Source: Candidatus Poribacteria bacterium
GTDB lineage: Bacteria > Poribacteria > WGA-4E > WGA-3G
Reading direction: 5' to 3'
Length of the DNA: 64,000 nt
Assembly: GCA_965242965.1 (NCBI GenBank)
Contig: OZ251518.1
Location: 1,344,001-1,408,000, forward strand
Shown in pieces: positions 10,590 through 20,929 of this stretch; the stretch's first letter is position 1; each line of letters begins with the position of its first letter. The translations under genes and the position numbers were made by a program. The notes under the pieces are model-generated. The model ran no database searches. It was not told the DNA's origin and saw only the letters and a list, made by a program, of their open reading frames with translations.

Positions 10590-10911
10590 AACAATCAAAA
10601 TTGAGGAAAGTTCCGGAAACGTGTTTCTGGACATAGGATTCCCCGAAGAGGAAGCGGAACGTCTACTACTGAGATCAAAACTCGCATGTGAAATCTATGG
10701 CCTTCTTGAGAAACACAAACTCACGCCGACAAAAGTGGAGGCACTCCTTGGGCTGGATGCGGTTGGTGTAACCCGTTTGAAGAACGCGGAGTTCGACCAT
10801 TTCAGTGTAGAACAGCTGTTCACGTTCCTGAACCGCCTAGGGCGTAATGTTGAGGTGCGCATCACGCCAGCAGAACATACTAGTGGACATCAGCGGGTTG
10901 TTCTCGCTTAA
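10582..10911 (+). CDS. XRE-family HTH antitoxin (HigA-like)
   Basis: ESSGNVFLDIGF..HTH..FSVEQLFTFLNRLGRNVEVRI; overlaps the toxin stop. Confidence 0.85.
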   Translation: MSETIKIEESSGNVFLDIGFPEEEAERLLLRSKLACEIYGLLEKHKLTPTKVEALLGLDAVGVTRLKNAEFDHFSVEQLFTFLNRLGRNVEVRITPAEHTSGHQRVVLA

Positions 10912-11007
10912 CGCCAGACAAGCCTGCCGCGGAAACCTACATACATGTGCCGGTAGGCACGGCTTCAAACCTCGCCTACGGAGTTTGTTTGACGAAGGAG
11001 TAATAAC

Positions 11008-11805
11008 ATGTGCACAAATCCATGGGGCATGACGCGCTTTGAGGATAAAGTCGCCTTGATAACCGGCGGTGCCTCTGGCATCGGACGCGCCACCGCGAAC
11101 CGCTTGGCAGCCGAAGGCGCGCACGTCATCATCGCCGATAATAACACAGCGATGGCAAATCGGGCAGTCGCCGACATTGAAAATGCTGGCGGCAACGCCG
11201 TTTATATCGAAGTCGACCTGGGTGATGACGCAGCTGTCACCGCTGTCGGACAAGCCGTAGCCCAACAATTTCCTGCACTCCACATGCTCGTGAACAACGC
11301 CGCCATTTTGCGAACCGGCAAAATCGAAGATGGCACCTGGCTGCCCAATTGGGAACCCGAAACTGCCATCGGGCTCAGAGGATGGGTGCTGATGACGCAA
11401 GTGCTATTGCCCATGCTCAAGCGAGAGGGTGGTAGTATCGTCAATCTCTCATCTGAAGGCGGCTTCCTCGGCAGGCCCGGGCAGTGGGTATACGATGCGA
11501 TTAAAGCGGGATTAGTCTCTCTCACGAAGACGATGGCGTATGAATTCGTTGGATACGGCATCCGCGTCAACGCCGTCGCACCGGGTTGGATAGTCACAGA
11601 GATGCACTTTGGCAATGCGCCAGACCCGGGTGCTCGGAAGAAGGAGTTAGAGGAGTCTCCGATTAATTCCTGCATCATGAAACGCCGTGCCGGACCGGAG
11701 GAGGTGGCATCGGCTATTGCGTTCCTCCTCAGCGACGATGCCTCTTACATCACGGGGCAAACCATTCACGTTGATGGTGGACGGATGGGGATGTCCGTGG
11801 GGTAA
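11008..11805 (+). CDS. Short-chain dehydrogenase/reductase (SDR)
   Basis: TGGASGIG, NNAA, YxxxK (YDAIK), VNAVAPG, ITGQTIHVDGG. Confidence 0.93.
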   Translation: MCTNPWGMTRFEDKVALITGGASGIGRATANRLAAEGAHVIIADNNTAMANRAVADIENAGGNAVYIEVDLGDDAAVTAVGQAVAQQFPALHMLVNNAAILRTGKIEDGTWLPNWEPETAIGLRGWVLMTQVLLPMLKREGGSIVNLSSEGGFLGRPGQWVYDAIKAGLVSLTKTMAYEFVGYGIRVNAVAPGWIVTEMHFGNAPDPGARKKELEESPINSCIMKRRAGPEEVASAIAFLLSDDASYITGQTIHVDGGRMGMSVG

Positions 11806-12237
11806 CATTAGAAGTGCCGGTGGGCTGGCCCTCCCGGGCTCGATGCCCTCCGAGTAGGAGAGACCTCCCGGTCTCGATTCCCGCGAACGGCCGATGGCGC
11901 GCCGTAGGAGAGTCAGACCGCCTCACCCCTGTAGGTCAGGATCGCCTGATCCTGATCCGTTCGGGAGCAGGTGCTCCCGAACTACAGAGTTATGAAACAC
12001 CCTCCGATTACCGTAGCGCGGGGGCCTGTCCCCCGCGATCGTTCGGTAGACCGGAGCATGGCGAGGGACAGGCCCTCGCCCTACGATGAAAGGGGCCGTT
12101 CTGCTGCCAAGAAACCGTCCGGTTACCGTAGCGCGGGGGCCTGTCCCCCGCGATCGTTGCACGGCGAGGGAAACCCGCTCGCATGCGCGTGTGGCATGCG
12201 AGGGCCCAAGCCCTACGGGGAGGGGACGTTCTTCGGC

Positions 12238-15200
12238 CTACGCGAGGAGAGGCGGCAATTCCCCAACCAACCGCACCGTCTCTTCACTAACATGCATCAC
12301 TTGCCCAACCAAACGCACAATATATTGCCCATCTTCACCATTCGGATCGGAGACAATACCACTCCCATTCGGATCGGGTTTGACGCGATACCGATCGATG
12401 AGCCACTCTAATGCCGAACGAGTGCCCAAACGATAATCGAATACCGCCGGCGGAATGTCCACTACCGTCAAAGAATCATTGTAACGGAGTTGCGTTTTGT
12501 CGGCAGATAATTCCATCTTCTCGACGCGCCAATTGAGAGGAGGGGTTTCGATGAGGTTTGGCATCACGTCAAGGGTTTCATAATTGACGTGCAAATCTGC
12601 CAAAGCGCGCCCGATGTCAACAAATCCCCAGAAATCCGGTGCGAAAGGCAGATGTGGCAAGTCGTGCTTGAGGTTGACCTGATATGTCTCGCGGTATTCG
12701 GGATGATGCAAAATCGCGTAATTGTAGTGGAAAATGTCCCATTTGGTGATGGTTTCGTCACCGTAATGCGTTCGGAAGTGGGATAATGCCCAGTCGGTGA
12801 TGTTTTCGCGGCGATTAGTGCCATCTTCATCGTAAGTGTAGAAGGGAAAGCACTGCGTCTTTTCAAGAAAATCAATGCATGGAATCTTGTCTGTCATGAG
12901 TGCCTGAAACGGTTTGTTGCTGGCAGTGCCGCTGACGCAGATGACGCGATTTTCCTTTTCTGATGCAACCGTGGGAAAGATAGAAGGCATCACATAAACC
13001 CTTTGGGTCATCAACCTGTCAAAATAGAGATGCATTTTTGTGAACGGACGATACAGGGAGATGCGGCTCTTTTCGGGAGAAAACTCGACCCGCGTTCCCT
13101 TTCCCAATGCGGCTTTCAGCCGGTCTGTCCACTTAATGTTCCGGCGTTCTTGACTCACAAAATCGTTGACAGAGAGCTGCCGGTCGGTGCGCCGTTCCCA
13201 CCGAGATGTCTCGGCGTTGTAGAACTCTATCATTCGCGCCATGTTCGCTGCCAATGTTTCCGGATTAAAATGGTAAGCCCAGGCATCGCGCGCCGTTATC
13301 ACGCCGAGACTATAGGTTTTAAAAATCGTGCCTTCTGTCTCGCCTTTCGCTGCTTTCGCTGACTGGGTGCCCATCGGCAGGAACGTCTCAAAATCAGAAC
13401 GGAGCCCTTCGGTGAGCCATATCTGGCGCGCGTTCGGTTGAATCTCTCGCCACTTGACATTGCCGAGGTGCGCGTTTTCTGTGAGAAATTGAAACGTGTG
13501 TTCTTTCGGCAACGCCGCCGCCTCATCGCTATAGAGGATACTTGCGCTGCCCTCGCGCGGCTGCCCCGTTTTCACGAGGAAACTAATGCTCACCCCGACA
13601 GTAATCCCGAACACGTTGGAATTGCCCGGCTGTCCCTTGCGGATGTTGCCCCCGAGGTCTAGCACGTAAAGCCAGTCAAATTCCTCGGCGAGACACTGCC
13701 GCAAGCCATCGAACATTTCGCTGTGGATAAAACTATTGTTGGTGATGAGGGCGATGATGCCTTCTTTGCCGACTTTATCGGATGCCCAGCGGAGGGATTT
13801 GACATAAGGATCGTAGAGTTTGTTCTTGAGCCGCGCGGTGGAGGCGGCGACGTAAGTGGCGCGCACACGGTTATCAACAGCCTCGTGTTGCCGGTTCTGA
13901 TTGTTATCGTTCTCGTTTTGCTGTCCGGCATTGTAAGGCGGATTCCCGATGACGACGAACATTGGGGTTTCCTTCTGCTCTCGAACGCGCATCGTATTCT
14001 CTGGCGTAAAATAGGCGAATTCGCCAGTCTGATTCGGCGCATCCATGAGCCCGAAAGTATCAAACGTATCCACGAAGCAGATGTGCTTGAAGGGTTCGTA
14101 TCGCCCCATTTTTTCATAATAGGCGTGCTCAATGTTCATCGTGGCGATGTAGTAAGGCAACAACATTACCTCGTTGCAGTGGAGTTCGCCTTTATACTTC
14201 TTGTCCAGCGCGATGCCGGGGATGTCCTGCATCAAGCGCACGATGAAGTTGCCGGTGCCGACAAACGGATCGATGATATGGACACCGGTATCCGCGAGCG
14301 ATTTGCCGAAATGGGTTTTCAGGAGATGCTGAACGCTGTTTACCATGAAGTCGACGATGGGTTGCGGCGTGTAAACCACCCCGTGTCTATCGGCATCCTT
14401 GACAGAAAAGTCTTGGAAGAAGCGTTGGTAAAGGGTATTAAGGAAGTCTTGCTTCTGGGAATAATCTGTCAACGTCCGCGCCGTATTTTCCACCGCTTCG
14501 TAGAAGGGTTTGAGTTCGCTGAAAAATTGTGAGCGGTTGAGTGCCTCCCGGGTCAGGACATCAATCACCTTCTCAATCTCGCTTGCGATGACGTTTCGGC
14601 GCGTGAAATCGGGGTTATCAAAGACGGTGCGGAAGATGCGTTCCGTCATCAGGTGCTGCGCGAGCATGCGTTCCACCTCTGTCTCGGCGAGATTCGGGTT
14701 TATTGCGTCTCGGCACTGCTGATGGAAGTGCGTGAACGCCTCGCGGAATTCGGGGGTATTCTGGCGTTCGGTTTGGATGAGCGTCTCCAATTTCGCGCCG
14801 AGTTCGGGAATGGTATCTTGGAACGTTTCCACGGCATCATCCCACTCGGCGAGATTTTCCTCGGTGTAGGTGAAAAAAGTTTCAAGGAGTTGGATGAGAT
14901 TGCGCGGTTCGGTGATGTCCACATCCAAGATAAGCGCGCCGTTTTGGTAGAGGATGGCGCGGTGCGGCGTTTGGAAAATGATGTTTTTGGCGGGGTAGCC
15001 GGTGGCAAATTTCTGTTGGGTTTCGGTGGAGAGGTCATCGAGGAGATCTTTCGCTTCCCAGTGGCCGAAGATGAGTCCGAAGTCGGTGACGATTTCGCCG
15101 TCGATGCGGATGTGGTTTCCGTGTGGTGTGGTGCGGGTTTTCTCGCATATCAGCGTGAGGTTGCGTTGTCCGCAGTAGTATTGCAAGAGCGTTTGGAAGG

Positions 15201-15303
15201 CGACGCGGATGGCACCTTCATGTTGCGCGCCGAGTTTCGTGAACTGCTTGAGTTCGGCGTAATAGTTTTTTATGGGTTTGTGTGTGGGTTTGATGTTGAG
15301 CAT
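12238..15303 (-). CDS. Single-chain restriction-modification enzyme (PD-(D/E)XK nuclease + N6-adenine MTase + type ISP-like specificity domain; type IIG-like)
   Basis: N-terminal RIDG..WEAK; VVYTPQPIVDFM; motif I DPFVGTGNF; motif IV GNPPY; C-terminal YRPF..YFD and FHYNYAILHHPEYRE typical of the ISP/IIG TRD; no helicase motifs. Confidence 0.85.
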   Translation of the reverse strand: MLNIKPTHKPIKNYYAELKQFTKLGAQHEGAIRVAFQTLLQYYCGQRNLTLICEKTRTTPHGNHIRIDGEIVTDFGLIFGHWEAKDLLDDLSTETQQKFATGYPAKNIIFQTPHRAILYQNGALILDVDITEPRNLIQLLETFFTYTEENLAEWDDAVETFQDTIPELGAKLETLIQTERQNTPEFREAFTHFHQQCRDAINPNLAETEVERMLAQHLMTERIFRTVFDNPDFTRRNVIASEIEKVIDVLTREALNRSQFFSELKPFYEAVENTARTLTDYSQKQDFLNTLYQRFFQDFSVKDADRHGVVYTPQPIVDFMVNSVQHLLKTHFGKSLADTGVHIIDPFVGTGNFIVRLMQDIPGIALDKKYKGELHCNEVMLLPYYIATMNIEHAYYEKMGRYEPFKHICFVDTFDTFGLMDAPNQTGEFAYFTPENTMRVREQKETPMFVVIGNPPYNAGQQNENDNNQNRQHEAVDNRVRATYVAASTARLKNKLYDPYVKSLRWASDKVGKEGIIALITNNSFIHSEMFDGLRQCLAEEFDWLYVLDLGGNIRKGQPGNSNVFGITVGVSISFLVKTGQPREGSASILYSDEAAALPKEHTFQFLTENAHLGNVKWREIQPNARQIWLTEGLRSDFETFLPMGTQSAKAAKGETEGTIFKTYSLGVITARDAWAYHFNPETLAANMARMIEFYNAETSRWERRTDRQLSVNDFVSQERRNIKWTDRLKAALGKGTRVEFSPEKSRISLYRPFTKMHLYFDRLMTQRVYVMPSIFPTVASEKENRVICVSGTASNKPFQALMTDKIPCIDFLEKTQCFPFYTYDEDGTNRRENITDWALSHFRTHYGDETITKWDIFHYNYAILHHPEYRETYQVNLKHDLPHLPFAPDFWGFVDIGRALADLHVNYETLDVMPNLIETPPLNWRVEKMELSADKTQLRYNDSLTVVDIPPAVFDYRLGTRSALEWLIDRYRVKPDPNGSGIVSDPNGEDGQYIVRLVGQVMHVSEETVRLVGELPPLLA

Positions 15304-15331
15304 TGTTTTTCCTCCTGATTAAGTTGTAATC

Positions 15332-15360
15332 ATTATCACATAATTCTCGAAAAATTGCAA
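15332..15360 (-). promoter_or_regulatory. Sigma70-like promoter for the RM gene
   Basis: TTGCAA-17 bp-GATAAT with TG extension, upstream of SD AGGAGG and ATG 15303. Confidence 0.55.
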
Positions 15361-15380
15361 GAAAAAAACGCCGCCCCTTA

Positions 15381-16128
15381 CCGTAGGGCGAGGGCCTGTC
15401 CCTCGCCATGCTGCGGTCTACCGGAAGATCGCGGGGGACAGGCCCCCGCGCTACGGTAAAACGGCGGTGTTCATTCGCGGCGGCGAAACCGCTTTTGAAA
15501 AGAACGGCTCTTCAGGTCCTTTAGGTCCTGCATGTCTATAGAAAAACGTGACAGGCCACGTCAAGGTCCTTTAGGTCCTTAATAGCATGCTAGCGATGCG
15601 GTGCGGCTGCACATTAAGGTCCTACAGACCTTAAGAGTCTTCGCAGGGTGAGGAGCTATAGACATTAAGGTCCTACGGACCTAGAAGAGCGGTTTGATAG
15701 ACCGGAGCATGGCGAGGGACAGGCCCTCGCCCTACGGTGATAGGGGCCGTTTTGTGAAGAAAATGTCGCGGTTCCGGTAGCGCGGGGGCCTGTCCCCCGC
15801 GATGCCTCTAGGTGTCTGAATCAGGATTCACAAGATTCTAGGATTTGCAGGATTATCTCCCTCGCGGCGGCGAAACCGCTTTTGAAAAAAGCGTCTCTTC
15901 AGGTCCTTTAGGTCCTGCATGTCTATAGAAAAACGTGCCTGCCACCCTTTTCAAGGTCCTTTAGGTCCTTAATAGCATACTAGCCACGCGGTGCGGCGCA
16001 CATTAAGGTCCTACAGACCTTAAGAGTCTTCGCCGGGCGAGGTGCTATAGACATTAAGGTCCTACGGACCTAAAGCCAGCGGACATCTCTCATCAGTTGC
16101 GACGTTGAACGAATTATGAAACACCCTC
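15381..16128. repeat. Composite intergenic repeat cluster (REP-like hairpins, duplicated ~210-bp AGGTCCTTTAGGTCCT module, 9-bp tandem, terminal motif)
   Basis: About 15475-15685 is repeated at about 15863-16075; GTAG hairpins at 15383 and 15777; TTATGAAACACCCTC at 16114. Confidence 0.9.
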
Positions 16129-16153
16129 AGATAATTGCATACGGGGTGCCGCG

Positions 16154-17581
16154 TCAAATATCCGACCGGAAGAATTTCAGAAACGCCAGCGTCGTCAGCA
16201 CCACTGCCCAAAGACAGAGCAACAGCACATCAACAACCGAATGAATGAGCGTCTCTGACACCGAGGTAACCGGCAGCGCAGGTGCCGGCGGGAGTTTTTC
16301 TTCTGCCGCCGACCGGGTGGTGTCCATTCGAGCCGCCAAGCGGAGCAGTTGCGCAAGCTGATCATCGGAGATATTGCTGAAATATTCCGCCGCCAACTGC
16401 GTATAATACCGCTCCCCCGTATCAAAGTAGGCATTGCGTTTGAGCTTGCCTGTCTCTGTTAAATTCATGGCGACGTAACTTAAGGACGATGTCGGCGTGA
16501 GCCGCGACAGCGTTTCGCCCATCTCTTCTTGCCGCGCTTTTTGCCGCTGATACGCCCGGTCAAACTTTTCCGCTTGGCTCTGGAATTTCAGCCGATATTC
16601 TTCTTCAATCGGTGCTCTCATCTTCGCGAACTTTTCTTGTATCGCCGGTGTCATCTCAATACGCTGCCCCAGCGTTTCTGTCATCTTCTTACCGATTTTA
16701 TCCTGCATTTCCACGTTGAGGTTATTCCGCAAGGCGGTTTTCTGCAGAGAGACGCTTTGCGCTGTCTGCGTCGGCACCATCAACTTTGCCGCGAGAAAGC
16801 CCGCCCGCGGCGCAATCAGCACCGCAAACACCCAACACGTGAATGCCACGATGAGGGCCGTCTTGGAATTCTCTAAAAACGTTGAAATCAGCACGCCTAT
16901 CGCGAAAAACACGGCGATGTAAAGCAGCGAGACACCTGTCAGCGAGAGGACGCGCGGAAAAATGTCCGCTTCGCCGAGGGGGAAGCCTTGCCAGACAATC
17001 ACGAATAACCCCAACAGAAACGCCACCAAGAACGGCGCGACGAACACGAGATACCCGCCTATCAATTTGCTCCACAGGAACAGATCGCGGGGTAACGGAT
17101 TGGACAAGGTTATCCGAATCGTGCCCGCCTCTCTTTCGCCGGCAACGGCATCGAAGGTGAACAGCAGCGCGAGCAGACTGAAGACGGTGCTGACGACGAA
17201 GAGAAAGTCAAGCGTGCCGAGCGCGTAGGAGAGGGGTGCTTGTGCGAGGCCAGCGGCCCCTTGCCGCACACCGTTGCGCGTCATGCCGAGATAACTGGGG
17301 AGTGCTTCCTCTAACCCGTTCGCGAAGACGCTGAGGGGTGCCGGTTTGAGGAAGAGTTTTGCCACCTCGGTGTCGGGATTCTGTGCATCCGGCGGGTTTT
17401 CGTCTGCCGCGGCGCGAGCGCGTTTGACGGATTCTTGGTAATCGACGAGGTTGCGTTGATACTTTCCGTAGTTCGTGGAAAGGGTGAGAGGGATGAGCAA
17501 GACGCACATCAGCAGGAGCGCGACGAATCGCGCGCTCAGCACGTGATGCATCATCTCTTTTTGGATTAACGTGAAGAGCAT
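16154..17581 (-). CDS. ABC transporter permease subunit (ABC-2/NosY-like)
   Basis: Multiple TM helices, FDAVAGEREAGTIRITLSNPLPR..KLIG, terminal FLKFFRSDI. Confidence 0.85.
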   Translation of the reverse strand: MLFTLIQKEMMHHVLSARFVALLLMCVLLIPLTLSTNYGKYQRNLVDYQESVKRARAAADENPPDAQNPDTEVAKLFLKPAPLSVFANGLEEALPSYLGMTRNGVRQGAAGLAQAPLSYALGTLDFLFVVSTVFSLLALLFTFDAVAGEREAGTIRITLSNPLPRDLFLWSKLIGGYLVFVAPFLVAFLLGLFVIVWQGFPLGEADIFPRVLSLTGVSLLYIAVFFAIGVLISTFLENSKTALIVAFTCWVFAVLIAPRAGFLAAKLMVPTQTAQSVSLQKTALRNNLNVEMQDKIGKKMTETLGQRIEMTPAIQEKFAKMRAPIEEEYRLKFQSQAEKFDRAYQRQKARQEEMGETLSRLTPTSSLSYVAMNLTETGKLKRNAYFDTGERYYTQLAAEYFSNISDDQLAQLLRLAARMDTTRSAAEEKLPPAPALPVTSVSETLIHSVVDVLLLCLWAVVLTTLAFLKFFRSDI

Positions 17582-17635
17582 AGCCTCTCTCCGCAGTGTT
17601 TGGCGGCGCGGTTTGAAACCGCGCCGACTCGGGGC

Positions 17636-19060
17636 CTATTCCATAAACGTCTCGATCTTCTCCAGAAGGGAGGGGAGTTCTGTGAGCACCGCTTCCACAA
17701 CCCCATCGGCCGTTAACACTATCGTGATGAGGCCTTCCACGTCGCGATTCAGGTGCGCGCGGAGTTGGGACGCTTTATCCACCCAGACCGGCAGCCGAGA
17801 GAGGTGGTGTTCCTTTTGGAAGGCCTCAATCGCCTGCACGGAAGTCTCACCGGTGTGAACAGCAACCGCCTGCACGCGCGCAGCATCCACGTCCGAGAGC
17901 GTCTCTTCAAGTCGTTGCAAGGCTGTCCCGCACGCGGCGTTGTCCGTGGTAAAGAGGTTCAGGAGCACCACTTGCCCGCGGAAAGATGCTAATGTGACAG
18001 GTTTCCCTGAAAGAGCGGTGAGTGCCAGCTCGGGCAGCGGTTCACCTATCAGCGGGGATGTCTCCGGCGGCTGTGGTGCCGGCGGCAGCAATGGTGCTAA
18101 CTTCTGGAGGATTTCTTTGCCAGCGGGTGACTTCAAAAACTCTTCGCCGAGTTGCGATTTGAGTTGCTCATATATGTCGCCGGAACCGTCCAATTGCAGC
18201 TGGAGGTTCATCCGATTGAGCGTATAGATGCCCCGCTGCGGGCCATTTCGATAGAGTTTGCCACTGACGCTGAGATTGAGCTGATGGTGTTGACAGCGGA
18301 CGAGCGGCACCATGTTCCCTTCCCGCGCCAAGAGGCTTTCCAGCCCGGCTTTTTCCGTAGGACGCGCTTCATAGAGATAACTACATGGCAGTGTCGGATC
18401 CGCCGCACCGTCGGTTAAAACCCCAGGGTTCCCCGCCGTCACATCCGCCGGACAAAGCAGTGCTTTCTTGTCCAGATAGTCGGGCGACAACACCGACAGC
18501 CACTCACACCACGCCGGGTTTCCCTCGGCACGCTGATAGGCCGCAAGGGCGGCGTTGATTTGCCGCAGATTCTCGCGGCAGTCCTCAATGCTTTTCTCTG
18601 CTGCCTCGCGAGGTTGCGCGTCGGGCGCGGCCACCTCCTGCGGATAAGCAGCGGCCAAGAGGCGGCGATTCAGACGAATGAGAGCGTCGCCGCGCTGCGG
18701 CTTTTTCTCAAGGAGAGCTCGTGTCTGTTCGCTGAGTTCAATCTCGGCGAACTGTTCGGCCTCGTAGAGCGTCGCGGTTTGGATGAGTCGATTCACATCC
18801 GTGAGGAGTGCGTTCTGCAAGGCAGGCGATGGGGTGCTGATACCATCGTATTCCTCCAACAGCCGCTGTGTTTCCACGGACAACTTCGCCGCGAGAGCGG
18901 CAGAGAAGGCGGCGCGCGTATCTTGGAGTTTCACCGCCAAACTGCCCGGGTCGGTCAGTGCATCCATTTGTAACAGGAGAGAATGCTCGGCACCATGGAT
19001 TGCAGGGGACAGATTTATTGTCATGAGCACACCGAGCGTGAGCAGCAAGCAGCCCGTCAA
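17636..19060 (-). CDS. Secreted protein with C-terminal redoxin (AhpC/TSA-like) domain
   Basis: Hydrophobic N-terminus; CRENLRQI..AL..Y helix; C-terminal IGEPLPELAL..GKPVTLASFRGQVVLLNLF; CxxC reduced to NAAC; start codon uncertain. Confidence 0.6.
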   Translation of the reverse strand: MTGCLLLTLGVLMTINLSPAIHGAEHSLLLQMDALTDPGSLAVKLQDTRAAFSAALAAKLSVETQRLLEEYDGISTPSPALQNALLTDVNRLIQTATLYEAEQFAEIELSEQTRALLEKKPQRGDALIRLNRRLLAAAYPQEVAAPDAQPREAAEKSIEDCRENLRQINAALAAYQRAEGNPAWCEWLSVLSPDYLDKKALLCPADVTAGNPGVLTDGAADPTLPCSYLYEARPTEKAGLESLLAREGNMVPLVRCQHHQLNLSVSGKLYRNGPQRGIYTLNRMNLQLQLDGSGDIYEQLKSQLGEEFLKSPAGKEILQKLAPLLPPAPQPPETSPLIGEPLPELALTALSGKPVTLASFRGQVVLLNLFTTDNAACGTALQRLEETLSDVDAARVQAVAVHTGETSVQAIEAFQKEHHLSRLPVWVDKASQLRAHLNRDVEGLITIVLTADGVVEAVLTELPSLLEKIETFME

Positions 19061-19128
19061 AACGTGCCGGACTGTGGTGGTGTTTCGTCCCGTGCCGCCG
19101 TGCGCCGGTATCCTGCAACGCGTAGCGG

Positions 19129-19284
19129 TTAACGGGCGTAGATGAAGGGGGGGGTCAGGTTGGAAATGTCACCGGATAGCGCAAGCGCGCGGAAAACCTG
19201 CAGCGGGTGCTGCAATAACGCGGTGACGGTAGGTTTCAGGCGGACAGCAATGCCCGCGAAAAGGAAAGAGAATAGGATTCTCAT
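19129..19284 (-). CDS. Small 51-aa ORF between a consensus promoter and the redoxin gene
   Basis: SD-like AAAGGGGA before ATG 19284; no recognisable domain. Confidence 0.3.
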   Translation of the reverse strand: MRILFSFLFAGIAVRLKPTVTALLQHPLQVFRALALSGDISNLTPPFIYAR

Positions 19285-19343
19285 TTGCTTTGTCCCCTTT
19301 AAATTGATGTGAAAAATGAAGTCGAACATTAAACGTTGTATTA

Positions 19344-19371
19344 ATTATACTATTTTTATGCTTTTTGTCAA
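19344..19371 (-). promoter_or_regulatory. Consensus sigma70 promoter
   Basis: TTGACA-16 bp-TATAAT on the minus strand. Confidence 0.7.
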
Positions 19372-19384
19372 ATTAAAATTGCAA

Positions 19385-20174
19385 GCAGGATTTACACGAT
19401 TTTCAGGATTAGCAAGAGATGAGCAGGATTTACACGATTTACACGATTAGGAGCAGGATTTACAGGATTTACAAGATTAGCAAGAGACTGTAGTTCGGGA
19501 TCGCCTGATCCCGAACGAGTCAAGCGCGCGGCCGCCTCCCCAACCGGAGCGCGGGGGCCCTCGCATGCCACACGCGCATGCGAGAGGGTTTCCCCCGCGA
19601 GCGTTCACGTGAAAAAACCTCTTCAGGTCCTTTAGGTCCTGCATGTCTATAGCACCGTCGGACATGAAAAAGGCTAAGGTCCTTTAGGTCCTTAATTTGC
19701 AGCAGGTGCATCGCCGCAGAAAACATTAAGGACCTAAAGGACCTTGAGGGGTACTGCATCGGCGCATGCTATAGACATTAAGGTCCTACGGACCTTGAGG
19801 AGAACCTTCCTGGCCCGTAGCGCGGGGGCCTGTCCCCCGCGAGCGTAAGACCCGCGCGAAAAACGCACGCAGACCAACGCCGGTTCCCGTTCCGATCGAG
19901 GCACGGCGAGGGACAGGCCCTCGCCCTACGGGGAAACGGAGACTGCCTCCCCAACCGGAGCGCGGGGGCCCTCGCCTGCCACACGCGCAGGCGAGCGGGT
20001 TTCCCCCGTGATCGTAAGACCCGCGCAAAAAACGCACGCAGCCCCAGACCGGTTCCCTCCCGATCGAGGCACGGCGAGGGACAGGCCCTCGCCCTAGGGT
20101 GAAACGGAGACTGCCTCCCCAACCGGAGCGCGGGGGCATGTCCCGCGACGTTGAACGATTTATGGAACACCCTC
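19385..20174. repeat. Composite intergenic repeat cluster
   Basis: CAGGATTTA/CAAGATTTA 9-bp tandem, GTAG hairpins, AGGTCCTTTAGGTCCT module, internal direct duplication, terminal motif at 20160. Confidence 0.9.
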
Positions 20175-20894
20175 CTTTAAACTTCCCCACGTTGTCGCGA
20201 TGTTTGCGCGAGGCGTTACCGAAAGCCCACCCTTGTCCGGGATACCCTCGCCGGTGATGGTGACGTTATCAAAACGCGCCGTATGATTGGAGAGCCCTAT
20301 CCCGCATCCCCCACGCGAAAAGTCGGGGAATGCGGCGAGTTCCGGCGCATTTTCAAGTTCAGGCAGTTTTCCAACTAGCACTTGTTTCCCGTTAATCCAG
20401 AACGTGAAGTGAGCACCCTGAACGCTCAACTTCAGTTGCGCCCATTTTTTCACTCGCAAGAGCGGGTGGAGTTCGCTGCCCAAGAGAAGAGCCTGATCCT
20501 CGTGCAAATTGCCGCCAAAACAGGTGGCCCTGGATTGAGGGACGGGCGCGGGAAATGCCAAGTCACCAATAACACACCAGAGTGCCCAAGTGCCTTCAAT
20601 GCGCGCGGCAATTGCAAGGTTCCCGGGGCCGTGTTTTTCAAGCGGCTTAACCTCAAAGACGATGACGTAATCTTTCCACGTTTCATCGCCGAGCGTCAGT
20701 AAACGCGTGAACCCGCCATGACTTATCGCCTGAAGTTCATTATCGATAATGTCCCACGAACCGGGGTTATCATTATGCTGGATAATTTCTTTCCAGGCAC
20801 CTAGTTCTCCATCATCAAAGGTTTCCGTGTACGTCCCTGCCCCGGCAGAGAGTGTTGTAAGAAACAGGAATCCCACAACGATTGCAAATTTCAT
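20160..20894 (-). CDS. Secreted beta-sandwich (DUF1080/ConA-like) protein with TTWG C-terminal motif
   Basis: Signal peptide MKFAIVVGFLFLTTLSAGA; TETFDDG..W..; GDETWKDY..; ARFDNVTITG; LSVTPRANIATTWGSLK. Confidence 0.65.
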   Translation of the reverse strand: MKFAIVVGFLFLTTLSAGAGTYTETFDDGELGAWKEIIQHNDNPGSWDIIDNELQAISHGGFTRLLTLGDETWKDYVIVFEVKPLEKHGPGNLAIAARIEGTWALWCVIGDLAFPAPVPQSRATCFGGNLHEDQALLLGSELHPLLRVKKWAQLKLSVQGAHFTFWINGKQVLVGKLPELENAPELAAFPDFSRGGCGIGLSNHTARFDNVTITGEGIPDKGGLSVTPRANIATTWGSLKEGVP

Positions 20895-20929
20895 CAGAGA
20901 CCTCCTTTGGTTTCCACACAAAGTCAAAG

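Noticed and set aside
11814-12436. Short ORFs with MARDRPSPY, RGTGPRAT or HRDREVSPT peptides here and in other intergenic clusters
   Set aside because: They are translations of the repeat hairpins, with no SD or domain support
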